This document shows positions 52,565 through 64,000 of a stretch of 64,000 bases of DNA, one piece after another. The notes beneath the pieces were generated by a model. It did not search any database. It was not told the origin of the DNA and was given only the letters and a program-made list of their open reading frames with translations. The translations under genes and the position numbers were made by a program. Source of the DNA: the human T2T-CHM13v2.0 reference genome, Homo sapiens; NCBI RefSeq assembly GCF_009914755.1, contig NC_060929.1; one strand, written 5' to 3'. How positions within the stretch are numbered: position 1 is the stretch's first letter; every line of letters starts with the position of its first letter.

Positions 52565-55500
52565 CCCCTTCCCCGGCCACCTGGGCGAGTTGCCGCTCCT
52601 GCCACTTCCTCCTGGGACAGCCTGATGGGGCGGGGCTGAGCGCAGGGCAGAGGTGTGGTCTGGGCCGGCCCTGCCCCTGCCCCCTGGCCCTCAGCCCCCG
52701 GGTCCTTGGCTGTCGGTGAGGTGCTCCTGCTCTGTGACTCCGAGACCCACCCGACTTGTCCTCGGCCCCTCGGCGCTGCAGGCCCAGGCCCTGGTAACCA
52801 AGTGCAGCTCAGCCTTGCCGCGCGATCCTGCAGCCGCCACTGGGCAGCCCGCTTTGTTCGTGGCCTCCCCACTCTGTGGGTAGCAAATAGTGAGTGGGAA
52901 AGGAATCTTAGCAGGCGTCGAATTCAGCTCCCCAGCCAGCCCAGTGGGAATCTCTGGCATAGCGCCCAGGAGTGATTGGCTGAGGCTGCACAAACCCCAC
53001 ACGGAAAACATTGCTGGGTTCAGACAGAACCTTGAGAGCAGATTCTTCGTGGTGTGACTCGAATCTCACTGCCTGGGGTTGCCACGGCCCTGTGTTGGCT
53101 GAGCGCTCTCTGCTCTGTTTGCCTTGCCCCAGGTTACGGTTTCCAGATATGTCCTGATTCCGATGCTCCTCCTCTGTGCATGGACAGCCCCGGGGATGTT
53201 CACAGCAGATGGAGCTGTGCAGACCGGAGCAGACGTCCCCGCCCTGTTCTGGGCGCTGCCTTTACTGCTGTACCTGCTGTGGCAGGCGTGTTGGGGTGAT
53301 CTTAAGTTGCAGTCACGTGTGTTGCCTTGTGGTCCGACTTTGAATTCTAGCTGCATTCCTTAACTTCCATTAGTATTCAATTTCATTTTTTAGATGCGGT
53401 CTTGACTGACCTTGTCAGAGTCCAGGCTCCCGAACTAGTTTGAGATCTGGGACTCAGCAGCACCCGGCACGCTGCCGTCCCTCCCGTTCTTTGGCGCCTT
53501 TGACGGGCAGCACATCTTCTGTATTCACACCCGTGCCCTCCGTGGGAGCACCAGGACCCGCCACTGAGCCCCCTCTGGGAGGACCCCGTCACACGCCTGC
53601 TGGCTTCCCGATGCAGAGGATACGGCCGAGGGCCCTTTCGCCCCAGGGGGCCTGCAAAGGAGGACCTTGGAGGCTCTGGGACGCCCTGCTCAGTGTCCAG
53701 GGTTGACTGTGAAGGGCTTCTGTCTGCAGGCCCCAAGGCCACCTTGCCGGCACTCACGGTGGTCTCTGTTGTGGGCGTGAGTTCCATCCTCACCTTTGAC
53801 CTCTTTCAGATAACCGTTTAGACAGCTCTACAGTCTGACAGCAGCAGTGGTTATTTGAAGGTTTTCATGCTGTGTTGGTTTCCACGTTCGTTACTCATTT
53901 CTGCTTATGAGCAGCTTCTGCCTGGGCCCTGCTAGCCCCACCTCACTGCTGCTGTCTGAGGGTGGACAGAGGGCAGCTCCAGGGACGGCCAGGACACGGG
54001 TCAGCCTGCTGAGGCCCACACATCTCTGGAAGGTTTTAAATTAAATGTATGTACCTTATTTTAAAGGATGGAAATGTAGAGTGCAAGGGAGGAACATAGA
54101 ATTCTAAAGGGAAAAGAAGTAAATGCTACATAGGTGCACAGAAAAGGACCTGGGGTCTCTGCAGGGCTCGGGCCCAGGTCTTCCGGCACCTACAGGGACC
54201 ACGCAAACCCTGGAACACTGTCCTCCGCTTACCGTCACCGTGGAGTTTCCACTGCACATGGCAAGCCTGGTCTTCCCTGGGAGTTCCCAACCCTAGAAGC
54301 AGAGGGGACGCAGCCCCCTGGTGTCAGAGCAGGGCAGGGCAGGCCTGGCCCTGTGTGCGCACAGCCCTGTCCCGGCCCTGGGGTGGAGCGTAGGTGTGGG
54401 ATCACAAGCTCAGGTGTGGGGCCGAAGGTCACAGCGCTCCTCCTGCGGCCTGGACGAGACCCCCTGTGGGGCTGTGAGGGTGGGGTGGAGCCCAAGGCAC
54501 ATAAAGCTGGCACACAACTTCAGCTCAACAAACATGTTATTCAAACTCAGAAGGGGGAAGAAAACTTGCCAAACCAAGAATACTGACTCCCATGAGCCGA
54601 AGGCTTTTGGAATTCTCCCCACCCTGCTCTGAGCTGGATTCAGAAGCCGGCTTTCAGGATACACCTTGTGGTCCACCAGTCCTGAGCCGCAGGACTGTGG
54701 TCCAGGGCACCACAGTGGTGCAAGATGCAAGGTGCATTCTGCAGAATCAGAGCCCTGAGGCAGTGGCAGCAGCCTCCAGCGGCCCCCAACAGCAGCCCCC
54801 ATGGCCCCCAGCAGCGGCCCCTAGCAGCCCCCAACAGCCCCCCAGTCTTCCACAGCTTTTCCCACAGGGGTTTTGTGACATGATCTTGATCTGCCTCTTC
54901 CTGAAGCCCATTCTGTGAATTCCTCTGCTCGCCATAATTCACTGGGACCCCCATGTCAACACACCCTGTGCTTTGCAGCCATTCATGGACATAGATGGGG
55001 CATTGTGAGTCTTGTGTTAGTCATGGGCCTCCTGGAGGTGCCCAGAGGACAGAGAGGAGGGCAGCACCGGAGCTGTGGCTGTGGGGCCAGTCAGATGGGT
55101 TTGAACTCAACTCTGGGACCTGCTGGTGGGGCAGCGCTACTTACTGTTTCTCTTTTGAAAAGCAAAAGAAAATAGAATCTACCAGGGTGAGTTGTTGGGA
55201 TTTAAGATTCAGATCAGTGTGATGCGTGTGTGGGTACACACACATGTCCCGTGTGAGTTGGTCTCCAACTCACCTCAGTGTTCACTTCCTGGAACATAAC
55301 TACCTGGAGTCATGAGAATGGACCGTATTTTCTTTCTGGCCTTCCAGGAAAAAAATATAAGCTCTAAAAATCATCCTATGATTTTATCCTTCTACTTTCT
55401 GAAGCAAATTCATTAGCCCTTCATTGGCCTGAAAAGTGACGTGACAATATTTTCAGTAAACCTGTAACTGAGAAAATAACTTTCCACACTATAAAGAATT

Positions 55501-55649
55501 AAACAAGAGTGAACTATTGTTTCTGTCTTCACTGCTCAGGTGTGACAGCAATACCTGTCATTATTAATTTCTACCATCAAAACATGTTTCATCCACATGT
55601 CATCTTGTTCATCCGTCACATGTCACATGTTCATCTGTGTTCTTCACAG

Positions 55650-55711
55650 AGTAAAAGCCACCACCAGTCTGTGCGAATCGGAACTGCATGGAAAACCCAA
55701 TTACTCAGCAG
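55650..55711 (+). CDS. AHRR: AHRR coding exon ([20 protein letters not shown])
   Basis: ttcacag|A acceptor, 62 nt, CAG|gtactt donor; phases 2 in and 1 out fit. Confidence 0.93.
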
Positions 55712-55992
55712 GTACTTAGAACATTTCTTATCTGATCTTTTCCACATGGGTAAAATGTGTTTCTGCCCTTGGAGAGCTTCCCCGCCCAGTGGAGATGTTG
55801 GCGTATTCCATGGAAAAGCCATTTTGCAGAGACTTGGTGTCTGTCCTGCTGTGGACAAGTGCCGTTCCTGGGCTCTGGTCTGTGCATTTCTGAGGAGCCG
55901 ATGGGTCCTGCCTTGCTGAGAACAAGCAACCGTCTTCCAGGAGCTCCTCAGCTCGCACCGTGACGGCTTCCCCCCCCTCTAAACCCCAACAG

Positions 55993-56134
55993 GAAGGAGC
56001 AGCAGAGAGAGCGGCGTTTTGGTGCTCAGGGAACAGACTGACGCTGGCCGATGGGCACAGGTTCCCGCCAGGGCCCCATGCCTGTGCCTCCGGGGTGGCC
56101 CTGACCTTGTCCTTGACCCCAAGGGGGGCTCAGG
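55993..56134 (+). CDS. AHRR: AHRR coding exon ([15 protein letters not shown]...DPKGGSG)
   Basis: caacag|GA acceptor, 142 nt, AGG|gtaagt donor; phases 1 in and 2 out fit. Confidence 0.93.
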
Positions 56135-57040
56135 GTAAGTGGTGCCAGGCAGCCTCCCCCAGCCCTGGCAGCTCCCTAAGTCACCGTGGAGGCCAAAGAG
56201 CGGGTGGGGGAGTGATTAAGAAGAAAAATAAAAAAGACGACAGCAGCCTTGGCCACCACACGAGCCACAGCTAACCTTACTCTCTGTGGAGCTGTCCACA
56301 CAGCTTCCCGGACTGGAAGTCACGTGTGTCGCTGGGGACTGACCCCGGGAAGCAGTGGTCCAGGGATGTTGGGAGCGAGGATGCCCCGTGGGCTCTGGGA
56401 CCCGCCCTCACCTGTCACTCGGACCCTGGGTCACCCGGCTCCAACCTCATCTTGCCTTTGCTCAGAGCCCTCTCTCCCCCCTCTCCCTCCCCAGGGCCTG
56501 CCTGCCACCCAGGTGGGCCTCCTCCCCTTTCCTGACCAGCCCAGCTGTGCCCCACAGGCCCCTCCCCACTCTCCAGGTCACCATCTCACAGTCATGCAGT
56601 GCCAGTCCCAAGGCACGTGGTGTCCTGTTGGTCAGCAACAGAGCTTGGCCACAGAAACTGCTGGACATGGTGTTTTCTGCTTTGCAGTTCCCTGGGACCA
56701 TTTGCACCGCCCTTCCCCACCCCTAGCGCTAGTGACTGGTGTGGCTGACACTGGACAGCTGGCATAGGCCTCACAGAGACATCTCCCTGAAGCCTGCACC
56801 CTCGCCCCACCCTGGGCCTTCCTCACTCGCCCCAGGCACGCAGTGGGGGTGGGGTGCTGGCACAGCCTCCTGGGCTGCTGGGGGGGGTTAGAAGGCACAG
56901 CGCAGTGAGGGGTCGGTGTAGCAGCCTTGGCAGATTTAGCATCGTCCTGATTTCGTAGCCTCCCTTAGAGACCCCCACCCAGGGCAGCCAGACCTGGTGT
57001 CTTCAGCTGCTGTCAAATGGGCCCCGTCTTTTCTCTGCAG

Positions 57041-58022
57041 GGACAGGGAGGAGGAGCAGCACAGGATGCTGAGCAGGGCCTCTGGAGTGACAGGGCGGAG
57101 GGAGACTCCAGGACCCACAAAGCCCCTGCCCTGGACAGCGGGAAAGCACAGTGAGGATGGTGCCAGGCCGAGGCTGCAGCCCAGCAAGAATGACCCGCCC
57201 TCCCTGCGCCCCATGCCCCGCGGCTCCTGCCTGCCCTGCCCGTGTGTCCAGGGCACTTTCAGGAACTCGCCCATCTCTCACCCGCCGAGCCCGTCCCCCA
57301 GTGCCTACTCCAGCCGGACCAGCAGACCCATGCGGGATGTCGGTGAGGACCAGGTGCACCCTCCCCTCTGCCACTTTCCCCAGAGGAGCCTGCAGCACCA
57401 GCTCCCTCAGCCTGGAGCTCAGCGTTTTGCCACGAGGGGCTATCCCATGGAGGACATGAAGCTGCAAGGTGTACCGATGCCTCCGGGGGACCTGTGTGGT
57501 CCGACGCTGCTGCTAGATGTGTCCATCAAGATGGAGAAGGACTCTGGGTGTGAGGGTGCTGCAGACGGCTGTGTGCCCAGCCAGGTGTGGCTGGGGGCCA
57601 GTGACAGGAGCCACCCAGCCACCTTCCCTACCAGGATGCACCTGAAAACAGAGCCAGACTCTCGGCAACAGGTGTACATCTCGCACCTGGGGCACGGCGT
57701 GCGGGGGGCTCAGCCCCATGGGAGGGCCACTGCTGGGCGCAGCAGGGAGCTGACCCCTTTCCACCCTGCACACTGTGCCTGCCTGGAGCCCACACACGGC
57801 CTTCCCCAGTCGGAGCCTCCCCACCAGCTCTGTGCACGGGGCCGAGGTGAACAGTCCTGCACCTGCAGAGCTGCTGAGGCCGCCCCTGTGGTCAAGCGGG
57901 AGCCCTTGGACTCACCCCAGTGGGCTACTCACAGCCAGGGAATGGTGCCCGGGATGTTGCCCAAAAGTGCCTTGGCCACGCTGGTCCCGCCCCAAGCTTC
58001 GGGGTGCACATTCCTGCCATAG
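57041..58022 (+). CDS. AHRR: AHRR terminal coding exon (C-terminal repression domain, DREEEQ...GCTFLP*)
   Basis: ttctctgcag|G acceptor; open frame to TAG 58020-58022 (ORF track 56997..58022); three psiKxE SUMO motifs IKME, LKTE, VKRE. Confidence 0.97.
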
Positions 58023-58352
58023 CGCAGTGACCACCATCCAAGCTCAGATCTGTCTGTCTACGCTCAGATGCGTTGGTGGCTGGGCTGCCCTGCGCCTGGT
58101 CAGGCCGGAGCCCGTCCTAAGACACACGCTTTGCAGAGCTGTGCATGCGCAGTCTGCTAGTGTGTGTGTGCAGCATATGCAGGAGCCTATCCTGAATTTT
58201 GTAAAATATCCCAACAGTTCTTAAATGAAAACTGGCCTTAAGTCTATTCAAGCATGACAGCATTTCTCTTTGAGGAATTAAAATCTTTAGGAAAGTGATC
58301 ATGGCTGGACAGCTTCATGCCCCAGAGGCAGCGAGCACCCGTCCCATGGCTG

Positions 58353-58467
58353 CCAAGTCCACAGTCGGGGATGAAGCAGTCGGGTGATGCTCCCAAGTCC
58401 GCAGTCGGGGATGAAGCGGTCGGGTGATGCTCCCAAGTCCGCAGTCGGGGATGAAGCGGTCGGGTGA
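58353..58467. repeat. 40-bp tandem repeat x~3 in 3' UTR
   Basis: ccaagtccgcagtcggggatgaagcggtcgggtgatgctc. Confidence 0.93.
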
Positions 58468-59364
58468 CACACCTAGCTCAGCCCTCCCAGGCCACCTGCA
58501 GCTCCCGGCCTGTGCTGTGCAGGCAGGGTCAGCCCATCGCCACAGTGCACTGTAGAGGCCAGCACACGGCAAATTAGAAATACAACACGCGGAGAAAGGG
58601 GTCCGTGAGCCCACTCATAGAGGAATCTAGAACGTTCCAGGCAGCAGAGGCTGGCAGCGTGGGTCCCACACTGCCCCACACCGTGCGGCAGGTGCTCCGT
58701 GGCGCCATGACAGAGTCTGAGGCCAGACCTGGACTGGAATTGACAGCATAACCCCTGTTCCTTCTGGACATCTCCCGAGTTCTCAGTGGGTCTCTGCGGA
58801 CGGTTCTTCCTAATCTGCCTCTTGGTACATCACGTAATACAGAGTTCACAGACTCCGGGTTTGGAAGTACAGAGAAACACACAACGTAGAGAGAAGACAC
58901 AGGAAACTGCGCTGCCTGTGGGGGTTTCTCTCTGGCTGGCTGTACAGTTCACTCAAATGAGGGTTCCCATTGCCATCCTAGGAGAATAATTAGGGACAAG
59001 ACAGACAAGTATTAATAGCATTAAAACAGTTGTAAAGGCGATATTTTCTGAGAGTAGGAAATTTGGATACAAAAGCATAAGTCAGAAAGTGAAGGTCACC
59101 AATCCACCAACCCGAGAACCTACAGCTGATGGTGCATTTCAGGCTTCTTCCACGGTCTGGCCTGGAACCCCACCCGGCTGGTGCAGGCATCAGATCAGGG
59201 TGTAGAAGTCACCCCAAGCAAGAGGAAGCCAGGCAGTGAGGCCCTGGGGTGTGGCTGCAGCTGGGCCCACCTGTGCGGGGGTGGGAAGGCCCCATCCTCA
59301 GGGAGAGGGCATCGGCGCCCTGACGTCAGCTCCACTGGGAGTGGCAGGAGCTGTGGGAGCCCAT

Positions 59365-59597
59365 GGGTGAGGGACCCACCACCCCGCTGCACTGTGCATT
59401 GTGCCTCCCGTGTGGACGCCCTCTCTGTTGTTGGCCCGCGGGTGAGGGACCCACCACCCCGCTGCACTGTGCATTCTGCCTCCTGTGTGGACGCCCTCTC
59501 TGTTGTTGGCCCGCGGGTGAGGGACCCACCACCCCAGGGACCCACCACCCCGCCGCACTGTGCATTCTGCCTCCTGTGTGGACGCCCTCTCTGTTGT
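59365..59597. repeat. 75-bp tandem repeat x~3 in 3' UTR
   Basis: gggtgagggacccaccaccccgctgcactgtgcatt...gttggcccgc at 59365, 59440, 59515. Confidence 0.93.
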
Positions 59598-60328
59598 CAG
59601 TGGCTTTGAGGTGTCAGTGCTTACTTAGATGCTGGTTTAATGCTGGACCCATTTGTTAAACGCACCTTCACTTTGTCAAAACCCAGGTTTGGTTGGCAGG
59701 ACTGGGTCTTCTGCCCAATGCCAGGTGCCTGCGCCTCTCAGTGGCCTGGTTCTTGGACAGTTTGCCCCCATGTGGCAGGGATAGGGATAAGGATCTCCTC
59801 TCAGTACTGGAAGAGAACAGCCAACCATCTGAGCCCAGAGTCACAGATCCATCGTGGCCCCCTATGACCCCCAAGCCCTACCGAGGGGGCACTCACTCTC
59901 TGCTTAGCCAGGGGGCGTCTTTCAAAAGGTGACCTCCATGCTGTGCTGTCGTGGGTGTGAGACGTGCTCATGGCCTTCCACTGCCATCTCTCCCTTATCT
60001 GATGCCTAAAGTCACGATGGGGACAGAGCTACCCAGGGGCCAGCCATGGGGTGACCAGCCACCTGAGGGTCAGTCACCTGTGGAGAGCAGGCACCTGTGA
60101 AGACCAGGCACCTGAGGACTGGCGCCTGCTTCCCACTTTGGCCCTACACTGGCACAGAGCCCCTCTTTATTCATTTCTCATGCTGAGCATGGCACACTTC
60201 TGGCCTCTGGGCATTTATGGATTTAAGACCAGGATGGTATTTCAGAAGCTTCCCACTTCCTTCCTATTCTAACCGAGTGCCCAGCTCCTTTGCTGATCAT
60301 GGAAAGACCCTTAATAATTAGGCCTGCA

Positions 60329-60464
60329 GGCCAGGCGCAGTGGCTCATGCCTATAATCCCAGCACTTTAGGAGGTCAAGGTAGGAGGATCGCTTAAGCCC
60401 AGGAGTTCAAGACCAGCCTGGGCAACACAGGAAGAATGTGTCTCTACAAAAAATAATTAAAAAT
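60329..60464 (+). mobile_element. FLAM/Alu left monomer in 3' UTR
   Basis: ggccaggcgcagtggctc...aggagttcaagaccagcctgggcaac...tctctacaaaa. Confidence 0.88.
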
Positions 60465-61488
60465 CAGATCTGCTGTATCCTGAAAAAGTCTCAATCAACA
60501 TGCATGTTCCACTCTTGGAGTTCCCTGTTCTGAGGGCCAGCCACGTCCTGTGTCCTGGAGCTTAGCCCTCAGCAGCTCCCTTCAGCCTGGGCGCCGCCTG
60601 GGTCCCAAACGTGGCAGCTGCTCTTCCAGTCTCGGGGCCGAGGAGGGCAGGGAGCTCAGTGACTGAGAGTCTTGTGTATCACATGTCCTGAGTGTCCTGG
60701 AGCCAACGGCTGTCACTGGGAAAAACACCAGACCCCAAAGATCGAATCAGAGACGTGGCTGCGTGTTTGCGATTGTAGCCAGGCCCTTCAGTGTCATCAA
60801 AGGAGCACTGGGACCTCCTTAAGCACAGACGGCAGCCCCTGCCCAGGAGGCTTCTTCACCACGTCCTGCCCTGCAGCCTCCCAGACCTTTAGATGCGCCC
60901 CTGCCCAAGGCCCTCCTGGTGACAGGTGCCAGATTGAGTGGTGGGTTGCTGCCAGGCAGGCCACGCTGTGTTGACGCTGCACTCAGCACGTGGGTGTTGG
61001 CTCTGCCCGTTTTGTGGTGTGGGGACCCTACAGGAGGCTGCGGCCCTGAGAGCCTGGGATCAGCGAGGTGTCCGACATCCCTTCCTCAACGGCAACAAAA
61101 ACTCCCCAAGTCAGCACTTTGGTTATTTTATAGCCACAACCCTCTTGGAAAACAGTGGGGAAGACTATGGAACATAGAAAGTGTGGATGTATCACTTCTC
61201 TCTAAAATGTCATTGTTAGCACTAATTACAGGTTCATGTTTTTCTGTTTATGTAGCTTTTCCCTATATAGCTGAAAAAGTATTAAAGTCAAATATAAGGT
61301 GGGAATGGGATGGAAGGGAGGAGATCAATACAACTTATATTTTTGCAGTTTCTACTGGAAGAAAAAAGTTTTCAATACCTAGACCAACTTGTTGAATTTT
61401 TAAAACTTATGCACTATAAATGCAACTTTCTCTACTGCTTTCTCAGTGCCTTTAGGAAGCTTTCAAATTTTTTTGTACTGTGGTTTGT

Positions 61489-61494
61489 ATTAAA
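61489..61494 (+). terminator. Probable polyadenylation signal ATTAAA (alternative AATAAA pair at 61661-61672)
   Basis: Hexamer preceded by UGUA elements (tgtac, tgtat) in U-rich context. Confidence 0.55.
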
Positions 61495-62198
61495 TTTGCA
61501 ATATTGATGTAAAATACATGACATGCTAGTACATGTTTAACAAAAATTTAAATGTTTGCGGAAGTCTGCGTGATTTTCCAAAGTCACTTTATTTCCTTTA
61601 AAGAGTGTGCTGGTTAATCTACATTCTAAGACAGCCTTTCACCACTAAATATAAGGCAGCAATAAAAATAAAAACTCTAGAGCCGCAAGCCTCGTGAAGG
61701 AGGAGAAAACGCCTGCCATCTCCCTGCTCCTGACCAGTGGCATCTAGAGAGGGCCTAGGCCCCCCTCCCCTGTCACTGAGGGTCAGGGCCCCTCCTGGGT
61801 GCTCTCAGGACGTCCCAGACCTGACCCGTCCTGTAAGAAGTGAGGAGGGTAGAGCTGAGGGCACTGTGGGTCCGGGGCCATGCGGGGTCCACCCTGCCTG
61901 GCACAGGGCCTGCACGACAAGCCCATGGGAAGGGGGAAGGGCCCAGGCAGATTATGGCCAGACCCCTCAATGCCATCGAAAAAAGTGCTGGGGTCTCCTT
62001 AAGCACAAACGGCAGTCCAAGGCCCAGGGAGCTGCGCTTTTGTTTCCTTTCAGGCATCTTTAGAGCCTGCGCAGCCCCTGCCAGGCCTCCTTCGCACCCT
62101 GCAGCCCATCAGCAAACCCGTCCTGGTCACTCGTGTAAGACTCCCGTGTCCTCCCCCGGGACCAGGCCAGCCCTCCCATCTGTGGCCCCACAACTTGA

Positions 62199-62789
<591 letters not shown>

Positions 62790-64000
62790 TGAAGGGATGA
62801 AACGGCAGCTGTTTTATGTGCATTTTGTTTATTCATTCGGCATATTTTTAGTCCTTGTTGAGTATCAGGCCCTGCACCAGTGCTGGGGACGCATTCAGGA
62901 GAAAACGATGCAGACATCAGTGCTGTCCCAGAGCTGGCGTCTGAACATGTGTGATGTGCGGTGTGTGCGTGTGCAGGGGGAAGGGGTGCAGGCAGCTGAA
63001 TGTGACCATGAGAACCCCGTAAACTCTGCGGGGCATGGAGGGGACCGGTGCTTTGCAGGTGCACAGAGCTGGGGCTGGGGGTGGCCCAGGTCTTTGGGGG
63101 CAGTTTTATGCAGGACGTATGGACGGCTGGAGCTGAATAGCGAGTGGGGGAGGCTGCATGGCCGCAGTGAGGTCTGGCTGACAATAGAGCAGGGCCTGGG
63201 TCATGGCTCATGGTCTGGTCAGGTCAACGGACACCCTAGTCATGGCTCAGAGGCTTCAGCAGGGCCCCGTGGGGAGGGTGTGGGGACAAGGTCTCCCTGA
63301 AGGCCGAGGGAAGCAGCTTATTCCCCGGAGCCAGTGGCTCTTGTCCTTTACCCGTTTCTTGCTGCACTTGTTTGCCCTTTTAGATCAATTTGCAGGAGTT
63401 CTGTTTTTATTCTGGATAGCAATTTTCTTGTCAGTTACAGATGCTGACAATGTTTTCCCTCAGTCTGTGGCTTGGCTTTTCACTTAAGGATTTAAAAATT
63501 ATATCCCACAAGAGTTTAAGATTTTAATATAGCAACTTTTCTATTTTATTCTTTATGGCTTATGCATTTTGCATCTTAGGAAAATAACTATCTTTGACAG
63601 TGGCTTTTGACCAAAAACCCATGTTGTTTGATATTCATATCCCCACACCAGCTTCTCGGGCCTGGCTGACCCACGTGTGAAAAGCCTCCAGTTCTAATCG
63701 TTGTTTCTTGATGCTTTAGATGTTCGCCTATGAATGTTTCACTGTTTCTAATCCACTTACTTGTGTTCTCATTACTGATACATTTCAACACAGGGTCCTC
63801 ATCTTCTCCTTGCCTGCAGTCTCTGTGCTGTTGCCTGCATTTTCTCTCTTCCTGTTTCTATTTCTGTAGTGGCTAACCTTAATGTGGGCATTTAACAAGG
63901 TCTAAGCAGGAGCTAAGCACGGTCTCTATTCTCCCAGAGCAGGGTCAGGACTGTGGGTGCTTCAGTGCCCTCCCCTCCCTCCCCCTCGAGTTTGCTCCTG

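Larger units (their letters stand above)
58023..61520 (+). other. AHRR: AHRR 3' UTR (end approximate)
   Basis: Follows the stop codon; becomes AU-rich after ~61190; ends near ATTAAA 61489-61494. Confidence 0.7.

Noticed and set aside
56997-57040. N-terminal extension of the 341-aa ORF
   Set aside because: Intronic read-through upstream of the real acceptor at 57040/57041

Overview
Human-type (primate) genomic DNA containing the 3' two-thirds of AHRR (aryl hydrocarbon receptor repressor, bHLH-PAS family, 5p15.33 subtelomere) on the + strand. The window covers the distal ~34 kb of a large intron, seven constitutive coding exons with canonical GT-AG junctions and consistent phases, the 54-nt alternative 'exon 8', and a ~3.5 kb 3' UTR. 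The introns hold two processed pseudogenes (MTIF3 antisense with TSD and poly-A; FAM136A sense, split by an Alu), many Alu/L1/HAL1/MLT/MER elements and about ten GC-rich minisatellites. The most notable pattern is that three separate tandem arrays are built from ARNT-partner binding motifs: a 49-bp VNTR with 21 XRE/MRE cores, a 19/20-bp VNTR with ~36 TACGTG hypoxia-response elements, and a (CACGCA)-rich tract with ~16 TGCGTG next to an internal CpG island. These could form copy-number- and methylation-tunable response arrays inside the AHR/HIF feedback repressor gene. In addition, the branch-point zone of the alternative exon is a local 40-bp copy of a neighbouring MER1A element. Gene and repeat identities come from recognition of known sequences, not from a database search; repeat subfamilies and boundaries are approximate.
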